Of a stretch of DNA of 29,024 nucleotides, positions 9,401 through 15,958 are shown one piece after another. The notes below the pieces were generated by a model. The model made no database searches, had not been told where the DNA came from, and saw only the letters and a program-made list of their open reading frames with translations. The translations under genes and the position numbers were made by a program. The DNA comes from a virus (taxonomy: Duplodnaviria > Caudoviricetes). Location of the stretch: IMG/VR virus record IMGVR_UViG_3300020440_001367, positions 1 to 29,024 of that record. One strand, 5' to 3'. How positions within the stretch are numbered: the stretch's first letter is position 1; every line of letters starts with the position of its first letter.

Positions 9401-11241
9401 TAAGCGAAAGAGGAAAAGGTAGAGTATTTTTTGCATCAACAGACCAAGATGGATTTTTTAGAGTTGGTAAGTTCTTCAGTGTTGACCAAGGAACAGGTAC
9501 AGTTACTTTTGCGGCGTCGATTGCTATTAGTAACTTAGATGGATTAGGATTCAAACAGGGTGTAAGAATTACTGAGTTCAGTAACGATGATACAATGTCT
9601 GACAAATCTCCAGACGCTGTTCCAACTGAATTTGCCGCAGAGGCATTCCTTTCAAGAAGATTAGGGTTTGATCGAGTAGGTGGTGCGTTGTCTGGAGCAA
9701 ATGTTATTGGTCCGGGTGTTGTTGCTAGAGATGGTACAACTCCGCTTACAGCAAATTTAAGTGCAGGTAGTTTTAAAATATTCAATCATGCTGACCCAAC
9801 TAATGCACAAGATGTTACTACAAAATCTTATGTAGATGCAAGAACACCTTTTGGTAACGAAGCTATCGGAACAGCAACAGCTAATAGAGCCGCAAATGAT
9901 TTATTAGTTTGGGATGGTAGTGCTTATGATAATGCAACACCGGCAGGTGATGTAGGTTTAGCAGTATCAGGAAACGTTGTTACATTTTCAATTACAGCTG
10001 GTGCTATTGTAAACGCAGACGTGAACACAAATGCCGGTATAGCTCAAAGCAAGTTGGCAATGAATGCCGCGACTACCAGAGCTAATGCAACAGGAATTAC
10101 ACAAGCCGATCTAGGGCTAGTAGCATTTGACTCAGATGACTTTGCAGTGACAAACGGTTGGGTAACACTTGCCACAGGTGCTGTTGATTATGCTGATTTA
10201 CCAACACAAGCAAATAACACCGTACTTGCAAGATTAACAGCTGGCACTGGGGCACCTTCTGCGGTTTCAGTTGATTCATTAATAGATGCATATAGCAAAT
10301 TTACTACAACAGGTGTTGCAAGTAGAATTGTGCAGACAGGTACTGATGGTAGTATTGATACACAAAAATTAAAACTAGATAATTATGATATCTTAGACCA
10401 AACAAACTTAACCATGACCTTAAAGACACCAGGTCAAGGAGTTGTGTTTAATACTGTTGGTACTATTCCTAGTAATACAACAACGACATTTCCTGGAACA
10501 ATTCAGATAGGTGATACAGATACAACAGCATCATTCTTCCAAAAGAATAGTACTTTTGGTAGTACAACTGATGCAACACTAAATGAACCAAGGTTGGCGA
10601 GTGATTGGGTGTATACTTCATTTATTGAAGCACCAGGTGAAAAACTTTCTGCTTCAACGGGTATTGCCGTAGGTGCAGGAACAGGATTCACAAACGCAGG
10701 TGAAATTGCCATTATTGCAAATAACAATGTGGCGGCAACTGTGTTTACTCAAACTTCAATGAATCCTTCTTCAAACAATGGATATAATTTAGGAACAGCA
10801 TCATTAAGATATGGAAATGTTTACGCAACTGCACTAGACGGATTAGCAACAAGTGCCAAGTATGCTGACTTGGCTGAGAATTATCTAGCTGATGCTGAGT
10901 ATGAAGTAGGTACAGTATTGGTATTTGGAGGTGAAGAAGAACTAACAACTACAGATACCAAGGGTGATAGAAAAGTTGCAGGTGTTGTATCAGAAAATCC
11001 TGCACACTTGATGAACAGTGGACTTGAAGGAGAACATGTTACTCCACTTGCATTACAAGGAAGAACACCTTGTATGATAATTGGAAAAGTAGAAAAAGGT
11101 GATATAATTGTAACGAGTGCTATAGCAGGATATGGTATGGTAGACAATAATCCTACTGTAGGAACTGTGATAGGAAAAGCAGTTGGTAAAAAAGATGACG
11201 ATGGCAAAGGCATTGTTGAAGTTGTGGTAGGGAGAGTATAA
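3424..11241 (+). CDS. very large tail fibre/tail-associated structural protein (2605 aa)
   Basis: N-terminal GNDGTGDSIREAFRKANENFTELY (gp9/gp10-like); AATKLYVD and VTTKSYVD fibre motifs; CxRD(V/L)G repeats; pectin-lyase-like SGIYYEDYPIKVPDNVSIKG; C-terminal YADLAE...QGRTP...IGKA chaperone-like domain. Confidence 0.85.
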   Translation: MAKQDIYLGVEGNDGTGDSIREAFRKANENFTELYAVFGQGGTISFTALNDTPAAITPAGVLIGNSTGTELVQKTLTAGTGISIDNSSTTAITITNTGANINADTSPILGGPLSGNNVYAIGKIGTSTASIAEFNSTHGSTITIDDIVVDKKYQDKNYAPHILHQPTKPVLARTEPTDDTGYTKTISEYRSGNLVINSHGFDNSINGATWRYTTTGSAPSGLTNNTDYFIRFVNDNQISLHSSKSEAQNDNDNTRAKVNIALGSTTAITGQDFIKDQSYDSALYGFFKDDEVLPRKSSVRRQGDDMTGALYLHDHPGYLAGTTGDISERQAATKLYVDNSSYASTTDLFVTKQGDDSQANTPVGFEGRGLSYAFGSLKAAAQKAQEIMESAPVEPGAYRQTITYDQGKGIALVTGAETKTPNAAAKNAVTYLQKNRQFIQQSVVDYVQDYYPSHDFAATNVQNPNAEALLFKNKAFIQEEVTAWINYQINTGASVTYSDGTANYTGFKYSSAKCKRDVGYIVDAWINDLSRGGNIETRRIASSYLAGNINAVKVNNSNSNNTVDQIAQTNAAVEFARDLVQNYVLKNKVYPTKQGYFQATATNFQPNSFQFYIGTSSYANSYVNGGTVTKSDGTVLNVSNFTYDYTTGIATVTTTTTHGLSINDTVYLKDINVSCTYDGVVTNKIYPEHVAQANADQFTVEAGTYGSSAPASTTFDIYVGPSKYAHTYVSGGKVYKGQAFLTPTNATYDPATGVMVVTVGSHSLTTSDVIWIKPYGITFTCGQDNNATLHPYPRSKDPNYGKPIAITAVDATTITVNVGVSSNTTNHTYVSSSSNAIEYWSNNYDITGFSYSNTTGYATVTASGHGMSGGTACKLDDILIQCTQPTPALKRYPDAFVCEQGTGIRDVSGRATTLTETIVSVIAGGLDKLVAPIQPTLSNNTCERDLGLIIDGMIIDIRNGTNSNFNALQAAKRYFSTPSGQKARVQQSTQTIGAITKAKSYVNSVLNNVDLRRTSKQFAVNSDNLTSTQFEVTLGTSTVVHTYISGGTVTFGTNQYAISNFAYNNTTGKAIITTTTAHGRTAGDVVFLEDIKVSCADGTKLYPSDHSGLIPQYLDSSINNVSNTIKNAIANQFDIIVDILTNGFTAVDTYTVVEGSTYRLRFGNGGTNYYTDQGINSNVDILPGKIIVGKTTGARGRIVKYTSGVDLGNVNYDEVECVLVEPKEFRIGEELEFGNPTNEKQICIHVESGIYYEDYPIKVPDNVSIKGTDFRRCQIRPAPRISQSPWVRTYFYRDKLLDNLKITDFTGSDIATAQQITMTGNNTAGGTITVTPADNIAPISWDGGWFYTDSGAVGLISNADGGSNFNVTLTIDTLPNLDPIASGAWHIKQTSNYGYHYLTDPLDATSTPKTNDQMDVFLMNDATRLANMTFQGHGGFAQVLDPSGQVLIKSPYTQVCGSFSGSINKQAFRGGMFIDGFAGNLETVITSKDDNFTLNVQSVAGTGLRIRKPQTPAPFFIAGVRYQVDAVSEYDGGTGTAKLLINKLSNGGNGYTDAIPGGGTNIFIQTAGNRSMLANDYTQVNDLGYGLFCNNAALSEQVSTFTYYNHTAFMSNNGSEIRALNCSNANGNFGLVADGADPNETVDLVTSLRNMQQPAKVYNDGDNSVGLGAIAHAAGVFTVHVFDCDYHPYANSLLDVYTSTGVTTYEVTSVSILPGTGSTAGPTGRKGSNLPIYKLGIAGSTGLETAITGDYDANFASDAAPYVVIRMNKNHLFDDVAGVTSIRPSTALVFDENPDRVYRTISFNNQDSDNSQLAADRFQIVFDSGFGHLNLTLRNTEAALNTYAGTGTTMGATAGDVVLAIEKLTDAQVTRIGNNDMIFSYKGKTHIVGSYTDRGSYATVGLTDLASSNINSDSSLYSAAGIGADLRYSPAATRTIPLSLQDNEAGNITVGISTLRANGHDFDKIGTGGFNTTNYPSIIYGEPTKSATQANEVSERGKGRVFFASTDQDGFFRVGKFFSVDQGTGTVTFAASIAISNLDGLGFKQGVRITEFSNDDTMSDKSPDAVPTEFAAEAFLSRRLGFDRVGGALSGANVIGPGVVARDGTTPLTANLSAGSFKIFNHADPTNAQDVTTKSYVDARTPFGNEAIGTATANRAANDLLVWDGSAYDNATPAGDVGLAVSGNVVTFSITAGAIVNADVNTNAGIAQSKLAMNAATTRANATGITQADLGLVAFDSDDFAVTNGWVTLATGAVDYADLPTQANNTVLARLTAGTGAPSAVSVDSLIDAYSKFTTTGVASRIVQTGTDGSIDTQKLKLDNYDILDQTNLTMTLKTPGQGVVFNTVGTIPSNTTTTFPGTIQIGDTDTTASFFQKNSTFGSTTDATLNEPRLASDWVYTSFIEAPGEKLSASTGIAVGAGTGFTNAGEIAIIANNNVAATVFTQTSMNPSSNNGYNLGTASLRYGNVYATALDGLATSAKYADLAENYLADAEYEVGTVLVFGGEEELTTTDTKGDRKVAGVVSENPAHLMNSGLEGEHVTPLALQGRTPCMIIGKVEKGDIIVTSAIAGYGMVDNNPTVGTVIGKAVGKKDDDGKGIVEVVVGRV
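5280..6735 (+). repeat. about four degenerate 60-70 aa repeats inside the fibre
   Basis: Protein-level pattern (H/S)xY(V/I)xGG.V ... F.Y...TG.A.(V/I)T...HG....D.V.L.DI...C.....(K/H).YP recurs near 5280, 5600, 5900 and 6540. Confidence 0.7.
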
Positions 11242-11522
11242 TGGCTATCCAAACTATTAACATCGGATCCAGTGCTAACAAAGGTGATGGTGATCCTTTA
11301 AGAGTTGCTTTTGATAAAATAAATAAAAACTTTGCAGAACTTGATGTTACAAACACAAAAAGAGATGTTGTAGGTTCAGTATTTGCAGACGACTCTACTT
11401 TACTTGTTGATGCTGTAAATGGAGTGATACCAGGTTATATAAAATTATCAACATTAAAATCAGTAGCGGCGGCTAGCACAGACTTTGCTGACTTTAAAAG
11501 TAGAATAGCGAATCTGACATAG
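11241..11522 (+). CDS. small tail/baseplate protein with gp9/gp10-like N-terminus
   Basis: MAIQTINIGSSANKGDGDPLRVAFDKINKNFAEL; GSVFADDSTLLVD motif; TAATG coupling. Confidence 0.75.
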   Translation: MAIQTINIGSSANKGDGDPLRVAFDKINKNFAELDVTNTKRDVVGSVFADDSTLLVDAVNGVIPGYIKLSTLKSVAAASTDFADFKSRIANLT

Positions 11523-11534
11523 AGAGGATGAAAT

Positions 11535-13463
11535 ATGGCAAATAGATTTCCGATTATAGTTGACAGAGATGATCAAAATAAATTAAAAGAATTGCCAACT
11601 GGTGATAATTTAGATTTAACAGGGTCAGGTATCATTGGTGCTGGAAACATTGCGGCAACAGGGCTTTCTATAGGTGGAGTAAGTTATAATCCTTTTAGTG
11701 GTAGCTATAACGATTTAACAAACAAACCAAACGTAGCAACTGATACAGACGGATTACCAGAAGGTTCAAACAATCAATATTTTACAAATGAAAGAGTTGA
11801 TGACAGAGTAGCGGCAATTTTAAGAGAAGGAACAGGAATAGACATTGTCTATGACGATCTCAATGGTACAATAACAATTACAAATACAGGGACAAGCAGT
11901 GGAGGAAGTGGTGGACTTCCACCTGCAACTAACTTTGATGGATTAGCTAATAATCAAGTTGTAAAGTATAGCACAACTGGTGGTTCTAATAATACAGCGG
12001 CTTGGGTAAATGCTTATATAAACTACAGTGAGATAATAGGAACCCCTGGTCTCGCAACAGTGGCTACAACAGGAAGCTATACAAATCTTGTTAATAAACC
12101 AAATTTGGTTGATGACATAAGTGATCTTACAGATGTTGATACAATTTCCAATCCACCGGCAACAGGACAAGTTTTAAAATGGGACGGAACAAAATGGGCA
12201 CCTGCAGATGACATTACAACAGGTGGATCAGGATTAAATGCAGATACATTAGATGGATTTGATGGATCTTATTATTTAAATTATGCAAACTTTACAAACA
12301 AACCAACTTTATTTGATTCACAATTTAGTTCACTCACAGGAACACCAACCACACTTGCAGGATATGGTATCACAGATTCAATATCTACTACAGGTGATTA
12401 TACACAAAACGGATCGGTAACTTTTAATTCAGATGAGGGCATAAAGGTTGGAGGAAGTTCAACTCCTAGGATGCATTTAAGGATTGATGGATCTACTGTA
12501 ATTGAAAACCTAGTTTCTCAACAAGATTTTGAAATTAGAACCAAACCTGCATCTGGTAATAGTACATTAGCAATTAAGGTTGACGCAGGCACACAAAGAG
12601 TAGGATTGTTCAACGCAAATCCTTCTAAAACACTTGACGTCTCAGGTGATGTACAAGCAACAAACTTTTACGGTAGTGGAGCAAACTTAACAAATATCAC
12701 ATTAGATCAGATAACCACATCGGGATCAGAAACAACAAATAGTGTAACTTTTGGAAACATTTCACCTGCCACTGGTAGTACAAACAGTTTAGGTACAAAT
12801 ACTATCAAGTGGTTGAATGTATACGCAGATAATTATTATGGAAATGGTAGTAACTTAACAAACATTCCTTTTTCAGGAATCACTGGAGTATCAATAGATT
12901 ACACCACTTCAACTATTACAAACAAACCAACAATACCAACAAATACAAATGAACTAACAAATGGTGCTGGATTCATATCAGGTATTACAGCTGAAAGCAT
13001 TAATAGTCTTTCAGACATAAACATTACCAGTGTTGCTAACGGGCAGGTATTAAAATACGATAGTTCTACTGCAAAATGGATAAATGGTACCGGCGGAACA
13101 TCAATCGGCAACTTTACCTTAAGTTCAAGTATCATTGACACAGATGATAGTTCACAAATTGTTATGACACCAAGTGTTAGAATGAGTAGTGATCTAACTG
13201 TTGACGGTAACTTAACTGCTCAAAAATTTACAGCAGATAGTTTTGAAAGTTCAGGTGTAGGCACACCACAGATTGATAGTAACAGTTCTATCGAACTTAT
13301 AGCACAAGATCAAGTGAAAATTACAAGCAGTCCTTTAAGACTTGCAAGTTTCACAAGCACACAAAGAGATGCATTAACAGCCGCAAACGGTGATACAATT
13401 TATAATACAACTACTAACAAGTTCCAAGGTTATGCCAACGGTTCTTGGGTAGACTTACATTAG
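11535..13463 (+). CDS. tail fibre-like structural protein (642 aa)
   Basis: Repeated YxDLxNKP-like motifs, GQVLKWDG and GQVLKYDS, PTTLAGYGITD, twice YGxGxNLTNI; C-terminal IYNTTTNKFQGY; GAGG RBS. Confidence 0.8.
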   Translation: MANRFPIIVDRDDQNKLKELPTGDNLDLTGSGIIGAGNIAATGLSIGGVSYNPFSGSYNDLTNKPNVATDTDGLPEGSNNQYFTNERVDDRVAAILREGTGIDIVYDDLNGTITITNTGTSSGGSGGLPPATNFDGLANNQVVKYSTTGGSNNTAAWVNAYINYSEIIGTPGLATVATTGSYTNLVNKPNLVDDISDLTDVDTISNPPATGQVLKWDGTKWAPADDITTGGSGLNADTLDGFDGSYYLNYANFTNKPTLFDSQFSSLTGTPTTLAGYGITDSISTTGDYTQNGSVTFNSDEGIKVGGSSTPRMHLRIDGSTVIENLVSQQDFEIRTKPASGNSTLAIKVDAGTQRVGLFNANPSKTLDVSGDVQATNFYGSGANLTNITLDQITTSGSETTNSVTFGNISPATGSTNSLGTNTIKWLNVYADNYYGNGSNLTNIPFSGITGVSIDYTTSTITNKPTIPTNTNELTNGAGFISGITAESINSLSDINITSVANGQVLKYDSSTAKWINGTGGTSIGNFTLSSSIIDTDDSSQIVMTPSVRMSSDLTVDGNLTAQKFTADSFESSGVGTPQIDSNSSIELIAQDQVKITSSPLRLASFTSTQRDALTAANGDTIYNTTTNKFQGYANGSWVDLH

Positions 13464-13471
13464 GAATTATA

Positions 13472-13609
13472 ATGAGTGATTGTTGCACAAGAAAAAGAAC
13501 TTGGAAGGACGTAATGTTTTTGCCTATGGCAGTAACGTTCACCCTAATAGGTTTTTCATTATTGCTAGGAATTGAAATGGGCATTGCTTACGCATTAGGA
13601 TTTATATAA
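13472..13609 (+). CDS. small membrane protein (45 aa, not in ORF track)
   Basis: MSDCCTRKRTWKDVMFLPMAVTFTLIGFSLLLGIEMGIAYALGFI; AGGA RBS; its TAA overlaps the protease ATG. Confidence 0.7.
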   Translation: MSDCCTRKRTWKDVMFLPMAVTFTLIGFSLLLGIEMGIAYALGFI

Positions 13610-15213
13610 TGAGTGAAAAAGAATATGTTGTTACCTTAAACAAAGGTGTTGACTACGCACAATTTAATCAAGAAATGATTGCTTCTACTGGAGCAGGAGA
13701 TATTCCAAATAGAACTGTAGACATTGCTGACTCCAGAACTTTATCAACAAGAAATACGCACTATGCTCTTACAGATGCTGAAGCAGTCGCTTTACGCAGT
13801 GATAGTAGAGTTACTGATGTACAGCTACGTCCAGAAGATAGAGATGATATAGAAATAGGATATGATGCTATACAGACTGCAAATTTTAACAAATCATCTG
13901 CAGACTCAGGAGATTATAGAGACTGGGGTAAAATAAGACATAGCTTTGTAGAAAACAAATATGGAACATCAACTTCTTTAAGTTCAAATCCATTTGATAG
14001 GCCTTATTCAATGGATGGAACTGGTGTAGACGTTGTAATACAAGATAGCGGACTACAAGTAGATCATCCAGAATTTAGAGATGCTAACGGAGTATCAAGA
14101 GTGCAACTCATAGACTGGTTTGCCGCCTCAGGAGTTACAGGATCACAAGATGCTAATCACTATAGAGATTTTGACGGACATGGAACACATTGCGGTGGAA
14201 CAGCAACAGGATTAAATTTTGGTTGGGCTAGTAACGCCAGAGTGTATAGTGTTAAAGTTAATGGTCTTAATGGTTCTGGAGATTCAGGAACTGGTATTAG
14301 TGTAAATTCTTGCTTTGATGTAATCAAAGGTTGGCATCAAAACAAACCGATTGATCCAAAGACAGGATACAAACGTCCAACCATTGTAAATGCCAGTTGG
14401 GGTTACAGTGGATCAATAGGAAGTAGTTTTAGCAACATAGAAAGCTATGTCTATAGAGGAGTAACTTACAACTCAAGCACAGCAGGTTGGAACTCTACAA
14501 CAGCATATCATAGAGATACTTATGGATTCTATCCATACTATAGAAATAACGCCTATAGGTATCCATTAAGGATTGCTTCTGTTGATGCTGATGTACAAGA
14601 TTGTATAGATGCTGGTGTACATATTTGTATAGCCGCAGGTAATAATAGTTTCAAAGCAGATACTTCCGTAGGGCCAGGAGTCGATTACGATAATGTAATT
14701 TTTTGGAGTGGTGGTTCAAACAATTACTATCACAGAGGCAGTTCACCTTTTGATGAAACAGCCAACATGGTAGGTTGTACAGATAGCACTCCTCAAAACG
14801 CAACAACAGAAAGAAAGACTAGTTTCAGCACAACAGGACCTGGAGTGTCAATATTTGCCGCGGGTGAAAATATAATGAGCTGTTTCAGTACAACAAATAG
14901 ATATACTGATGGTGCATACTTTGGGGATAGCAGTTTCAGAGTAGGAAACATAAGCGGAACATCAATGGCATCACCACAGGTATGCGGAGTGGGTGCTTTA
15001 TACTTGCAGGCGGATCCTAGTTTAACTCCAGCCCAATTGAAAAGTAAATTAGAAAAAGATGCATTAGCAGTTTTGAAAGATGAATCAAATAATGCTAACT
15101 ACGGTGACACAACAGATATATGTGGTGCTGAAAACAGAATGTTGTTTAATAGATACAATAGAGCTAATCCCTATTCTAGTAACATATATGGCCTAAGAAA
15201 AAAAGATAGGTAA
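13609..15213 (+). CDS. S8 (subtilisin-like) serine protease, probably virion-associated
   Basis: Catalytic motifs VDVVIQDSG (D), HGTHCGG (H), AAGNN (oxyanion N) and GTSMASPQV (S); no signal peptide; lies among tail genes. Confidence 0.92.
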   Translation: MSEKEYVVTLNKGVDYAQFNQEMIASTGAGDIPNRTVDIADSRTLSTRNTHYALTDAEAVALRSDSRVTDVQLRPEDRDDIEIGYDAIQTANFNKSSADSGDYRDWGKIRHSFVENKYGTSTSLSSNPFDRPYSMDGTGVDVVIQDSGLQVDHPEFRDANGVSRVQLIDWFAASGVTGSQDANHYRDFDGHGTHCGGTATGLNFGWASNARVYSVKVNGLNGSGDSGTGISVNSCFDVIKGWHQNKPIDPKTGYKRPTIVNASWGYSGSIGSSFSNIESYVYRGVTYNSSTAGWNSTTAYHRDTYGFYPYYRNNAYRYPLRIASVDADVQDCIDAGVHICIAAGNNSFKADTSVGPGVDYDNVIFWSGGSNNYYHRGSSPFDETANMVGCTDSTPQNATTERKTSFSTTGPGVSIFAAGENIMSCFSTTNRYTDGAYFGDSSFRVGNISGTSMASPQVCGVGALYLQADPSLTPAQLKSKLEKDALAVLKDESNNANYGDTTDICGAENRMLFNRYNRANPYSSNIYGLRKKDR

Positions 15214-15216
15214 ATA
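15211..15216 (+). promoter_or_regulatory. TAAATA late-type promoter motif
   Basis: ggTAAATAtagtataAGGAaacaaaATG; the motif overlaps the protease stop codon. Confidence 0.55.
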
Positions 15217-15233
15217 TAGTATAAGGAAACAAA

Positions 15234-15920
15234 ATGGCAATACAAACTGTAAACATAGGTACAATAGCAAACGACGGAACAGGTGACGATCTACGTGAAG
15301 CCTTTGTAAAAGTTAATGCAAACTTTTCAGAACTAGATAGTAGATCTCCTGAAAAGACTACAGGTGCTAATTTAGGTTCTGCAGGCGAAGGTGTATTTGC
15401 ACAGCTTTCTGGTGCAGAACTACAATTTAAGAAAATTGTTGCTGGAACTGCCGTAAGTTTGACTAGTGACGGAAATGCAATAACGATTAATTCTTCTGCA
15501 ACAGGACTACCTCAGTTACAAGTATTCGCTGACAACAATAATATCACATTAAATAATGCAAATACCACACTTACTCTAGCAGGTGGTAATTTGACTACAA
15601 CTAACCTAAACGGAAGCACAATTACTATTAGTTCTGAAACTTCATTACTAACAGACTTAACTCCTAGACTAGGTGCTAACTTAGATGGTAATCAAAAAGA
15701 GATTACAAATACAAGTGATATTAAAAGTAACATACATGGTTTAGACATACGTAAGATGGATGGTGTGCAACCTTTCTTGCTTATGGACTTGGGCGAAATG
15801 ACTCCTTCAAATTTAACAAGTGTCCTTGCACATTTGGCACATAATCAGGTGATTGATTATGGTGTAAATGGGCTTGGTGATAATACAGTTCCTACAGCTG
15901 ACTTTGGTTCTATTTCCTAA
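15234..15920 (+). CDS. tail/baseplate protein with gp9/gp10-like N-terminus
   Basis: MAIQTVNIGTIANDGTGDDLREAFVKVNANFSEL; FKKIVAG; DLTPRLGANLDGN resembles DTSPILGGPLSGN of the 2605-aa protein. Confidence 0.8.
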   Translation: MAIQTVNIGTIANDGTGDDLREAFVKVNANFSELDSRSPEKTTGANLGSAGEGVFAQLSGAELQFKKIVAGTAVSLTSDGNAITINSSATGLPQLQVFADNNNITLNNANTTLTLAGGNLTTTNLNGSTITISSETSLLTDLTPRLGANLDGNQKEITNTSDIKSNIHGLDIRKMDGVQPFLLMDLGEMTPSNLTSVLAHLAHNQVIDYGVNGLGDNTVPTADFGSIS

Positions 15921-15933
15921 TCTAACTCATAGA

Positions 15934-15939
15934 TAAATA
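15934..15939 (+). promoter_or_regulatory. TAAATA late-type promoter motif
   Basis: gaTAAATAtgtatatAGGAGtttcagtATG. Confidence 0.6.
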
Positions 15940-15958
15940 TGTATATAGGAGTTTCAGT

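Noticed and set aside
3424-13463. Diversity-generating retroelement or invertible segment acting on the fibre genes
   Set aside because: No reverse transcriptase or invertase, and no near-identical DNA repeat pair was seen; the repeats are only at protein level.
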